The notes below the pieces were generated by a model that worked only from the letters and a program-made list of their open reading frames with translations, was not told the origin of the DNA and ran no database searches. A DNA stretch of 20,000 nt from an uncultured virus (IMG/VR IMGVR_UViG_3300046524_000073) (taxonomy: Duplodnaviria; Heunggongvirae; Uroviricota; Caudoviricetes). The DNA lies in the IMG/VR virus record IMGVR_UViG_3300046524_000073; one strand, 5' to 3'. Positions 7,139-14,265 of this stretch are shown here, in pieces (within the stretch, counting starts at the first letter, position 1; every line of letters starts with the position of its first letter). Made by a program: the position numbers and the translations under genes.

Positions 7139-8098
7139 TCAGAAATCCTCCAGGCTGACGGCGGCTCCGTCGACCGGATACTTGCGCGGGAGTTGTCCGC
7201 GGTGTTCGACGTACTGCATGGATGCGACGTCAAACCAGAACCCAAACACGCCTTCGTAGTCGCCGTTGCGTTGCTTCTCGATCGAGAGGTAGCAATCCGG
7301 CTCGCCCATCACCAGATCCGCTTCGTCGCGCTTGAGCTTCAACTTTTCACTGCCGACTGCCTCTTTGCGCTTGTTGCGCCACACGATGAAAAGGTTGTCG
7401 GCCAGATCGGTGATTGATCCGCTACCCTTGATATCGAACTTTCCCGGGCGCTCGTATTCGCTGCCGCCCTTCTTCACGTGTGCGATCAGGTGAACGTGTG
7501 CACCAGTGTCTTGAGCGATAGCCGTAAGCGCGTTGACGAAATCCTTCTGGCCGTTGTAATCGTCATCGCCGGGGACGCACTTCATCAGGTTGTCGATGAC
7601 GAAGTGCTGGATGCCAAAGGTCTCGACCGCGTAACGAACGACGGCGAGCATCTTGGCCGGCTTGACGCTGCCGGTATGGTCGTATAGCCACAGGCGCTCG
7701 TCGGTCCAGCTATGCATGCTGCGGATGAACTCCGCATCGGGCCTTGCATCGCCAGCCGCCTGGCGGACCATGCGCAGCATCGTCTTTTCCGGCTTCATTT
7801 CGAGCGAGGCGATGCACACACGCTGGTTCTGCAGGCAGAGGTCTAACGCCACCTGGCTCGTCAGCATCGACTTGCCGTGGCCGTTAATTCCGCCCCAGAT
7901 CGTCAGCTCGCCAGTGCGGAAAGCGAACCGGCCTTCGCATTTCTCCCAGCCCAGTTCAACCAGCGGGGCAGTGGTACGGGCGTACAGTGCGTCGACCACA
8001 CCTTGCGCCCACTCGCTGGCAGGGCGAATCTTATGAACGTCTTCCGGCTCCGACATGTAGTCGGACAGGTTGATGGTTGCGCCGTCGATCACTTGCAT
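7139..8098 (-). CDS. replicative helicase, SF4/DnaB-like RecA-fold domain
   Basis: Walker A GGINGHGKS, SLEM, Walker B FVIDNL, IKGSGSITDLADN, IEKQRNG arginine finger. Confidence 0.9.
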   Translation of the reverse strand: MQVIDGATINLSDYMSEPEDVHKIRPASEWAQGVVDALYARTTAPLVELGWEKCEGRFAFRTGELTIWGGINGHGKSMLTSQVALDLCLQNQRVCIASLEMKPEKTMLRMVRQAAGDARPDAEFIRSMHSWTDERLWLYDHTGSVKPAKMLAVVRYAVETFGIQHFVIDNLMKCVPGDDDYNGQKDFVNALTAIAQDTGAHVHLIAHVKKGGSEYERPGKFDIKGSGSITDLADNLFIVWRNKRKEAVGSEKLKLKRDEADLVMGEPDCYLSIEKQRNGDYEGVFGFWFDVASMQYVEHRGQLPRKYPVDGAAVSLEDF

Positions 8099-8509
8099 TC
8101 AAAACCCCATTCTCAAAAACTCGCGGGTCTGCCATGAAAACCACGGCAGCAACTCAATCCCCATTGTTTTGTTCGTCAACTTCCGGTGTGCATCGGCGTA
8201 CTTTTCGGGAAAATCGAAGTACACCTGCGCGCCCGTTTTCAAATCCACATCCCACAGCGAAAGAGTTTTCGGTCGTTCGTTGCGGATAGCTTTGAGCTGC
8301 TGTGCTACCGCCTGGCCTTGTCGTGCAAAAGCGATCAGGTCAAGCCCAACAACCCAGCGCCAGTCGTATTCGTGATCCGGCTTTGCGTACACCGTGGCTC
8401 CGTTGTCTTCGTTCTCAATGCGGCCGATGAACGAGACCAGAACCCATTGCGCCGGCTGTTTGCCGTGTTTGCGCATCTCGACGATCTGACTGGCGTTTGC
8501 AGCAATCAC
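8099..8509 (-). CDS. hypothetical protein between initiator and helicase
   Basis: 136 aa, overlaps the initiator stop and abuts the helicase start. Confidence 0.75.
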   Translation of the reverse strand: MIAANASQIVEMRKHGKQPAQWVLVSFIGRIENEDNGATVYAKPDHEYDWRWVVGLDLIAFARQGQAVAQQLKAIRNERPKTLSLWDVDLKTGAQVYFDFPEKYADAHRKLTNKTMGIELLPWFSWQTREFLRMGF

Positions 8510-9384
8510 AGGTATTTCTCCGTAGGCAACGTCGAGCTAGCAGGTGATGCCGTTCCGATCTGCCCGATGTACCCGGCAAACTTCGTCGCGTTAAACAGCG
8601 TCTCTGGCCGGAGGTACTGATTCATCTTCGGGTCCTCCAGCCATTCCCGTGTTTTGGCATCGATCACCGCTATACAGTCTTCAGGCGTTGCGCCTTCCTT
8701 CAAGCGCGCCCGGATCAACTTCAGGCTTGAGTCGACAGGCTGATACGCACGACCGGCCATTTCGTTCAAATGCTCCAGAACCTGTTTTGCAATGTCGGGC
8801 TCGCCCGACGAATGCTTTCCTTCCTGTTCCTGTTCCTGTTCCTGTTCCTGTTCCTGTTCCTGATTAGGACATGTCTTGCTGATAGCCTTTCCCGAAGCCT
8901 TTCGGTTAGGGTTACTAAAAGCCTTGTCGAAAGCCTTACCGAAACCCTCTCCGAGCGCCCATACACTGGATTTCAGGGAATCGAAAGCCTCTCGCTTCAG
9001 GTCGCATTCGGGGATCAAGTCCCACTCAGATCCCCATGAAGTGACCACGTTGGGAGATTCCGGTTTGTTGCACTTCAAGGCATTCGGTACCCATACGACC
9101 TTGGCTTTCCAGTCGGCTTTCACCATGTCTTGCTCTAAGGCTTCGGCGAAGGCTTTGTCGAAGTCTTCCAAAGACCAATCGAGTTCTTCCGCCATCGCGG
9201 CACGCCCGCTGCGAAACAAGCCGGGGATAGGGCCGGTATGAGGGCCGGTGAGAAGAAAAAGCCACAGACCTTGCCCACACGGCGGAATCGGCGTTAGCTT
9301 TTTAAACTTCTCGTCGCCCCAGATCCGAACCTCGATCTTCCGATAGCGAGATTTCTTCTCGGGCTTTCCGGCTTGCTCAGTCAC
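8506..9384 (-). CDS. phage replication initiator (O-like) with Phg_2220_C-type C-terminal domain
   Basis: SRYRKI..IWGD N-terminus, (QE)7 linker, C-terminal YLRPETLFNATKF, internal iteron-like repeats. Confidence 0.85.
   Translation of the reverse strand: MTEQAGKPEKKSRYRKIEVRIWGDEKFKKLTPIPPCGQGLWLFLLTGPHTGPIPGLFRSGRAAMAEELDWSLEDFDKAFAEALEQDMVKADWKAKVVWVPNALKCNKPESPNVVTSWGSEWDLIPECDLKREAFDSLKSSVWALGEGFGKAFDKAFSNPNRKASGKAISKTCPNQEQEQEQEQEQEQEGKHSSGEPDIAKQVLEHLNEMAGRAYQPVDSSLKLIRARLKEGATPEDCIAVIDAKTREWLEDPKMNQYLRPETLFNATKFAGYIGQIGTASPASSTLPTEKYL
8821..8862. repeat. (TTCCTG)7 perfect tandem repeat encoding (QE)7
   Basis: Seven exact 6-bp units. Confidence 0.95.
8881..8952. repeat. 12-bp-period degenerate repeats, candidate replication origin iterons
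   Basis: GATAGCCTTTCC, CGAAGCCTTTCG, GTTAGGGTTACT, AAAAGCCTTGTC, GAAAGCCTTACC, GAAACCCTCTCC inside the initiator gene. Confidence 0.6.
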
Positions 9385-9567
9385 TCACTTCCCCTTTCCA
9401 ACAAAAGCCGTAGCCGTCAAATCGCGCATATATTCGGCGATGGCGGCCTTCAATTCCTTGCCCAACTGCATCCGCACCTCGATCGCCGATGCGACGGTGA
9501 TGCGGGCTATGAGTTCGTTGATGCCGAACAACGACAGATCAAGCGCTCGAGAATCGGATGCGTTCAT
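9385..9567 (-). CDS. hypothetical phage protein
   Basis: 3' part of ORF 9385..9672. Probable start ATG 9567 (MNASDS), stop abuts the initiator start. Confidence 0.55.
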   Translation of the reverse strand: MNASDSRALDLSLFGINELIARITVASAIEVRMQLGKELKAAIAEYMRDLTATAFVGKGK

Positions 9568-9652
9568 TGCGTTCTCACGATCAGTTCGCAGGAGGCCCAT
9601 ACGATCAGACAGCACAGGCAGAAAAGGGACGTAAAGAAGATCAGAGCTCGCA

Positions 9653-9997
9653 TTAAGCCGCCCTCTGCGCAATCACTTCTTCCAGGATCGTCAGATTTGA
9701 CTGACGAGCGAGCCATTGCTGAACGCCCCAGTTACCGACTGCCGCCGCCCACGCATTCAGCTTTTCAGCCGAGAGATTGCGTCGCGTCGGTTTGTCGTCT
9801 TGAGCGAGGTAATCCGAGATGTGCGACGGATAACACTCGATACGTTCAGCAAGAGTCCGCAATGTCATTGCCTTGATCCTTCGATTCGTCCAGGACAAGC
9901 GCACGACTTCCCGGAAGGTTTTGCAGGCCAATACGTCGTCTGCGGGAAGAAAGGCGGGTGCGTGCACAACGCCACCAAACAGTCTCAGCTCGTCCAT
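9653..9997 (-). CDS. CII-like transcriptional regulator
   Basis: HTH-like MTLRTLAERIECYPSHISDYL. Lies between cro and replication genes. GGGAGG RBS before ATG 9997. Confidence 0.7.
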   Translation of the reverse strand: MDELRLFGGVVHAPAFLPADDVLACKTFREVVRLSWTNRRIKAMTLRTLAERIECYPSHISDYLAQDDKPTRRNLSAEKLNAWAAAVGNWGVQQWLARQSNLTILEEVIAQRAA

Positions 9998-10061
9998 AAA
10001 ACCTCCCTGATAGTTAGAAAACATTGAATAACCGGTTGCGCCCCCAGTTGATCTGGAGCTA

Positions 10062-10086
10062 ATTTAAAGGCGTCACGAAGACGCCT
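10062..10086 (-). terminator. tR1-like hairpin between cro and cII
   Basis: AGGCGTC-TTCGT-GACGCCT followed by a weak TTAAAT tail. Confidence 0.5.
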
Positions 10087-10149
10087 GAAAAAACGAAACC
10101 CCCTACCTACCTTTTCTTTTCCGGTACTGCCTTGAGTACTCCTGAGCTG

Positions 10150-10455
10150 CTACAGCGTTTTCTTTGCTTCTTTCGTCTTGCGACTCGCACCGCCCGTAAT
10201 GCGGGCCGGCGAACACAAAACCTCGCGCATCGTCTTCCAGTCGATGTCCGGATTAAGGTCTTCGCACCGAACTCCTGTAACCTTCTCAATCAGAACGCAT
10301 CGCTCGAGCGGAACACCCCGCGTCATCCAGTTGGCAATCGTCTGAGACTTAGTGCCCTCGCCAAGCAACTCGGCGAGCTTCGTGAGTCCGCCAGCCTTCT
10401 CGATCGCATCGCGAAGGGCTGGGGCGCCGGGGTGTGGGTTCGGTGTCTTCATCAT
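10150..10455 (-). CDS. cro: Cro/YdaS-like repressor
   Basis: AIEKAGGLTKLAELLG..SQTIANW..RGVP.ERC..IE..TGV...DLNPD. Divergent from cI. Confidence 0.88.
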   Translation of the reverse strand: MMKTPNPHPGAPALRDAIEKAGGLTKLAELLGEGTKSQTIANWMTRGVPLERCVLIEKVTGVRCEDLNPDIDWKTMREVLCSPARITGGASRKTKEAKKTL

Positions 10456-10462
10456 GCTCACA

Positions 10463-10491
10463 AAGATACACGCAATGTGAGTTGTGCGCAA
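10463..10491 (-). promoter_or_regulatory. PR promoter
   Basis: TTGCGC-17 bp-TATCTT, then 7 nt to the cro ATG. Confidence 0.7.
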
Positions 10492-10531
10492 TCATTTTGT
10501 GAGTTCACGTTGTGAGTCACAACACGTGTGT
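10466..10531. promoter_or_regulatory. OR operators (three 17-bp sites)
   Basis: ACTCAC-N5-GTGTAY-like sites at 10466-10482 (-), 10488-10504 (-) and 10515-10531 (+). Confidence 0.7.
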
Positions 10532-10544
10532 GAACGGGTACCCT
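10516..10544 (+). promoter_or_regulatory. PRM promoter
   Basis: GTCACA-17 bp-TACCCT, then 6 nt to the cI ATG at 10551. No SD present. Confidence 0.6.
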
Positions 10545-10550
10545 TCGCCC

Positions 10551-11294
10551 ATGGAAACAACGAATATTCCGTGGCACGTTATCCAGCAGAAGCTGGACAC
10601 GCTCACCAAGAACCAGGCATGGCTGGCGCTCCAGTTAAGGACCGGAACTAACACGATCACCAATTGGAAGAAGAGGGGTGGCGCGCCGCTGGCGCGGGTG
10701 CGTGAAATAGCCGAAGCGCTGCAGTGCAGCACAGATGAACTGCTTTCGGCTGCCGCGCAACCAACTCACATTTCAGTGGCTGCTGATGGGCCAATAAAGC
10801 GGCAAATCTCAGGCATGATTACCGATTCGCTCCAGATAGTGGGCGATATCATCGGTACGAATAACACTGAGCCAGGACCAGAAGGAACGGGACCATATCC
10901 CCTTATCTCGTGGGTTCAGGCTGGAGCCTGGGAACGAATTGTGGATAATTTTGCGCCGGGAGACGCGGAGCAGTGGATCGAGGCACCTGTAAAGGTCTCG
11001 AAGAGCTCCTACTGGCTGCGGGTATGCGGCGAGAGCATGTATGACCCAATGGGGAAGCGCTCATTCAAAGATGGCGATTTGGTTCTGGTCGAACCTCACG
11101 CATATGCGGAGAATGGATCTCTTGTAGTAGTGCGCCTGGATGACGAGTCTGAGGCCACGTTCAAACAACTCATCATTGAGGGAGGGCGAAAGTTCCTCAA
11201 GGCCCTGAATCCGAACTGGCCGAATCGTATCTTTGAGGTCAACGGCAACGCCACAATCTGCGGCGTCATCAAAGCCAAGACCGAGGTCTACTAG
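10551..11294 (+). CDS. cI: CI repressor (HTH plus S24 LexA-like peptidase)
   Basis: NQAWLALQLRTGTNTITNW HTH, PLISWVQAG cleavage site, VCGESM serine, ATFKQL lysine. Confidence 0.95.
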   Translation: METTNIPWHVIQQKLDTLTKNQAWLALQLRTGTNTITNWKKRGGAPLARVREIAEALQCSTDELLSAAAQPTHISVAADGPIKRQISGMITDSLQIVGDIIGTNNTEPGPEGTGPYPLISWVQAGAWERIVDNFAPGDAEQWIEAPVKVSKSSYWLRVCGESMYDPMGKRSFKDGDLVLVEPHAYAENGSLVVVRLDDESEATFKQLIIEGGRKFLKALNPNWPNRIFEVNGNATICGVIKAKTEVY

Positions 11295-11313
11295 GCCGCC
11301 AGCCTCCCGGAAA

Positions 11314-11438
11314 ACTCACGCAGTTTGTATATAGCCCGCCACCGAGCGGGCTTTTTTGCGTCTGTACAACACATACTCACAAACCCCTACAAACAAAAAC
11401 TCACAAAACGTTTGACATCAAACTCACACGACGTGTAC
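11314..11438. promoter_or_regulatory. OL operators
   Basis: ACTCACGCAGTTTGTAT (11314), ACTCAC half-site (11375), ACTCACAAAACGTTTGA (11399), ACTCACACGACGTGTAC (11422). Confidence 0.7.
11333..11357 (+). terminator. intrinsic terminator after cI
   Basis: AGCCCGC-CACCGA-GCGGGCT-TTTTT. Confidence 0.85.
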
Positions 11439-11441
11439 TAT
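11412..11441 (+). promoter_or_regulatory. PL promoter
   Basis: TTGACA-18 bp-TACTAT, overlapped by two operators. Confidence 0.8.
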
Positions 11442-11491
11442 TCATCCATGGAAGCAAGCAACACCGCACCAACCACTAACCGGAGAGCGAG

Positions 11492-11719
11492 ATGAGCCAG
11501 AACGCACGTACGCAGGGGATCGCAGCATTCAATGATGTAGCGAAGCCGGTGTACCAGAATCCGTACGCTTTCTCTGCAGACCCGAATTCCGACTATGAGC
11601 AGTTTCGCCTTGGATATTTCGTGGCGCGGCACGAAGGCCATCAAAGCGTTATCCAAAACATGCGCGGCGCGGAACTGCCAGCCGGATACATCAAAGGGTC
11701 GCAGCGTTACACCGCATAA
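11492..11719 (+). CDS. first PL gene, hypothetical (possible Rmf/CrpP-like motif)
   Basis: GGAGAG RBS. G..AF...NPY...F..GY pattern. Confidence 0.7.
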   Translation: MSQNARTQGIAAFNDVAKPVYQNPYAFSADPNSDYEQFRLGYFVARHEGHQSVIQNMRGAELPAGYIKGSQRYTA

Positions 11720-11760
11720 AGCTCAAAACCGCCGCAGAGCACCGCGGCAACAGGAAGGAA

Positions 11761-11863
11761 GGTCGAAACCCGGGCCAAACCTAGTGCATGAGTGCACACG
11801 CTATAGGCGAGTACCTAACAGTACGCACCCGGGTCTGAGCGTAACGCGCTCACTGACGAGACC
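11761..11863 (+). ncRNA. type II hammerhead ribozyme
   Basis: GGTC-GAAA-CCCGGG...CCCGGG-TC^-TGAGCG-taacg-CGCTCA-CTGACGA-GACC. Full conserved core, three perfectly paired stems, GUC cleavage triplet. Confidence 0.9.
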
Positions 11864-11918
11864 GTGAATAACCGCAGTAGAGGAACACAGGCGCACGGCG
11901 TCGCCTGGTGGGGCAAGA

Positions 11919-11930
11919 GATCTTTAACAA
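11919..11930 (+). promoter_or_regulatory. boxA-like antitermination element (nutL candidate)
   Basis: GATCTTTAACAA versus the boxA consensus GCTCTTTAACA. Preceded by hairpin CAGGCG/CGCCTG (11888-11907). Confidence 0.65.
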
Positions 11931-11931
11931 C

Positions 11932-12239
11932 GTAGTGGTTTGAGTTTGATCAGAGCTGGCGGCTTGTGTCCGTACGCGGAACATGACGAGCAGTTGGCCA
12001 TGATAGTCGCCAGCCCTGATCACATTCGAACCACTGCAACAGAAGGCATACCAGTAATGGCGGGGCCAACGCGCTACCCCGGAAAAGATCGGCGCCTATC
12101 AAGCCGTGGTGGTTCGGCTAGTGATCCACGGTGAGATTGATAGTGCATCCATACCGAGAGCCGACCGCGTCGGGTGTAACTCGGGTGGATGCACATGCTT
12201 CACCAGTGCGCATTTGAAGAGTGCGCAGTGGCGTGGCAT
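11932..12239 (+). ncRNA. structured non-coding block of tandem long hairpins
   Basis: 33-bp stem 11932-12037, then abutting hairpins 12096-12143, 12143-12194 and 12195-12239, with G-U pairs valid on the + strand. Confidence 0.65.
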
Positions 12240-12261
12240 TAACTAAAGGACGGAACATCTG

Positions 12262-12735
12262 ATGCTCACTGCCGAGAGACTGCGCGAGGTAATTGACTAC
12301 GACCCGGAGAGGGGAGTTCTTATCTGGAAAAAATCGGGCAACGTTGCCGGCTATGTCGGGAAAGAAGGTTATCGAAATGTGTGTGTCGATGGTCGTATGT
12401 ACCGAGAGCACAGACTCGCGTGGCTTCATGCAACAGGGAGTTGGCCCAAACAGAGCCTCGACCACATCAACGGGTCGCGGGCCGACAACAGATTAACCAA
12501 TCTGCGCGAAGCGTCTGGAATGCAAAACGCTAAAAACATGAAGCGGCCCGTCACAAACACGTCTGGACTTAAAGGTGCTAGTTGGCACAAGCGTTCAGGA
12601 AAGTGGCAGGCGGCCATCATGTGCGATCGGAAACTAAAGCATCTCGGGTTATTTGAGACTGCGGAAGAAGCGCACGCTGCCTATTGTGAGGCCGCATCAA
12701 GGCTGCACGGAGATTTTGCCTGCCTTGATCGCTGA
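12262..12735 (+). CDS. HNH homing endonuclease with C-terminal AP2 domain
   Basis: HRLAW...DHINGSRADNRLTNLR (HNH) and NTSGLKGASWHKRSGKWQAAI...HLGLFETAEEAHAAY (AP2). Confidence 0.92.
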   Translation: MLTAERLREVIDYDPERGVLIWKKSGNVAGYVGKEGYRNVCVDGRMYREHRLAWLHATGSWPKQSLDHINGSRADNRLTNLREASGMQNAKNMKRPVTNTSGLKGASWHKRSGKWQAAIMCDRKLKHLGLFETAEEAHAAYCEAASRLHGDFACLDR

Positions 12736-12745
12736 GAGTTGCAAC

Positions 12746-12905
12746 GCTGGATGTTGAGAGGATGGGAATGCGCGAGTGGTGATCGCGTACTCGGCTAGTT
12801 GTCGATGTCCCGAAGCTGGAAATTCACCCCCAGCCCCATCCCTTGAACACCCAGCACGATTCTCCTTGCATCTGCCGATTCTCGCGAGTCGGTAGCGGCG
12901 AGGGG
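12746..12905 (+). ncRNA. structured non-coding block: cloverleaf-like four-way junction plus long hairpin
   Basis: GGATGGG/CCCATCC closes three hairpins, with an extended outer stem 12746-12855. Separate hairpin 12862-12905. Confidence 0.55.
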
Positions 12906-12963
12906 TATCTAGTATCAACACAGATTAGTACTGCTACGCGCTGCGGCGCACAAAGGAACTGGA

Positions 12964-13668
12964 ATGGGATGCGACATTCACCTGTACGTTGAAAAGAGAA
13001 TCGATGGTAAGTGGATCGCTCAAGGCACGTTCACCCGCGAAGACGTCGAATCTGATGGCTCTGGCGGCTGGATCGATGGTGGGCAAGACATCTACGACGG
13101 GCGGAACTATGACCTCTTCGCAATTCTCGCCGACGTGCGGAACGGTCGCGGATTCGCTGGCGTAAAGACTGGCGAGGGATTCAACCCGATTTCTGAGCCG
13201 AGGGGTATCCCCGAAGACGCCAGCGAACAGTACAAAGAGATCGCCCAACGCTGGGATTGCGACGGCCACTCCCACTCGTATTTCACCGTCCGCGAGTTGC
13301 TTGACTACGACTGGACTCAGGAAACCGGGAAACAGGGCTGGCTCAGCATAGCCGAGTGGGAGAAATGGTCTCGATGGGATAGAGAGCGCGGCCTCGGTCC
13401 GGATTCGTGGTACGGCTTTATCGACGGCGGAGGAGTCAAGCATATCTCCACAGAGGATGCCGATGCGCTGTTCAAGGGTGTCGGTTGGTCGGATCGCGAC
13501 ACGGTTGTCGCCAAACACCCACAGACCTACGTGCAAGCCTCATGGGGAACACCGTATTACCGAGCAGCTGGCAACTTTATCGAAGAAACGTTGAGCAAAT
13601 TGCTCAAGCTGGCCGGCGGAACGAAGGGTATCGATGACGTTCGGATCGTCTTCTTCTTCGACAACTGA
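12964..13668 (+). CDS. hypothetical phage protein (MGCDIH...RNYDLFAILADVRN...RIVFFFDN type)
   Basis: 234-aa ORF with AAGGA RBS, in operon direction. Confidence 0.85.
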   Translation: MGCDIHLYVEKRIDGKWIAQGTFTREDVESDGSGGWIDGGQDIYDGRNYDLFAILADVRNGRGFAGVKTGEGFNPISEPRGIPEDASEQYKEIAQRWDCDGHSHSYFTVRELLDYDWTQETGKQGWLSIAEWEKWSRWDRERGLGPDSWYGFIDGGGVKHISTEDADALFKGVGWSDRDTVVAKHPQTYVQASWGTPYYRAAGNFIEETLSKLLKLAGGTKGIDDVRIVFFFDN

Positions 13669-13680
13669 TCGGAGGCTCAG

Positions 13681-13821
13681 ATGTTCTACAGCGACTACGG
13701 ATTTCGATCCTATTCCGCCCGGATTTCGAACTACATCATCCGATTCGTTTCGCACTATGACGAGTACGTTAATTCTAGGCTTGTTCGGAGCGTGGATCTG
13801 AATGACGTCGTCTGGTGCTGA
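13681..13821 (+). CDS. small hypothetical protein (46 aa)
   Basis: Read manually: GGAGG RBS, MFYSDYGFRSYSARISNYIIRFVSHYDEYVNSRLVRSVDLNDVVWC*. Confidence 0.6.
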   Translation: MFYSDYGFRSYSARISNYIIRFVSHYDEYVNSRLVRSVDLNDVVWC

Positions 13822-13870
13822 CTCACAAACGCATCACGAACCCACTTTGCGACTCATATACGAGGCAATC

Positions 13871-14011
13871 ATGAACATCTACCACTGGATAGCAGTCATC
13901 TTTCTCGCTGATTTGGCGCTCGCAATGACTGTGTTTCTACCGTTCGTGCGTGGCGCGGACGAACGCCGCGGTGAGGCGCCGAAGCGGAAAACTAAGTTGG
14001 GGGTGCAGTGA
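13871..14011 (+). CDS. small membrane protein
   Basis: GAGG RBS, MNIYHWIAVIFLADLALAMTVFLPFV hydrophobic stretch, basic tail. Confidence 0.65.
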   Translation: MNIYHWIAVIFLADLALAMTVFLPFVRGADERRGEAPKRKTKLGVQ

Positions 14012-14265
14012 TGGACCAGAAGACGATAGTCATTTGGGACCAAATCGGACAGGACGATATCAAGTTCGCAATTCTCGACGGCGATTACAGCGAACTGGAT
14101 GGCATCTACATCAACAACAGTCTTCAGGAGCCGGAAGACGTCAATCGCCTCTCTGATCTGATCTACGACGACAACGGACGAGAGATTGCGACGTTCGTCG
14201 ACAAGTTCCCGGTCGATCTTGTGAAAGAGGGCGCGGTCGTCATCGTTGCGGGATTCCTGCCATGA
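14008..14265 (+). CDS. hypothetical acidic protein
   Basis: 85 aa, overlap-coupled on both sides. Confidence 0.75.
   Translation: MMDQKTIVIWDQIGQDDIKFAILDGDYSELDGIYINNSLQEPEDVNRLSDLIYDDNGREIATFVDKFPVDLVKEGAVVIVAGFLP

Noticed and set aside
8821..8862. (TTCCTG)7 as a phase-variation switch
   Set aside because: The 6-bp unit keeps the frame, and QE linkers are ordinary in phage initiators.
11965..12004. Hammerhead in the loop of the 33-bp stem (ATGACGA)
   Set aside because: The first core base is wrong and there is no GAAA/stem III.
11940..12134. ORFs within the structured blocks (also 11595..11867, 14436..14669)
   Set aside because: No convincing RBS or coupling. Base-pairing explains the sequence better.
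12760..12841. Functional tRNA gene
   Set aside because: No TTCRA T-loop, non-canonical loop sizes, no definable anticodon or CCA. Kept only as a tRNA-like fold.
11720..12960. Group I intron or CRISPR array around the HNH gene
   Set aside because: No interrupted host ORF or recognisable intron core, and no identical regularly spaced repeats.
12934..13536. 200-aa antisense ORF, and similar shadows such as 6004..6624 and 2101..2436
   Set aside because: They lie opposite real genes in GC-rich DNA and show no motifs or RBS.
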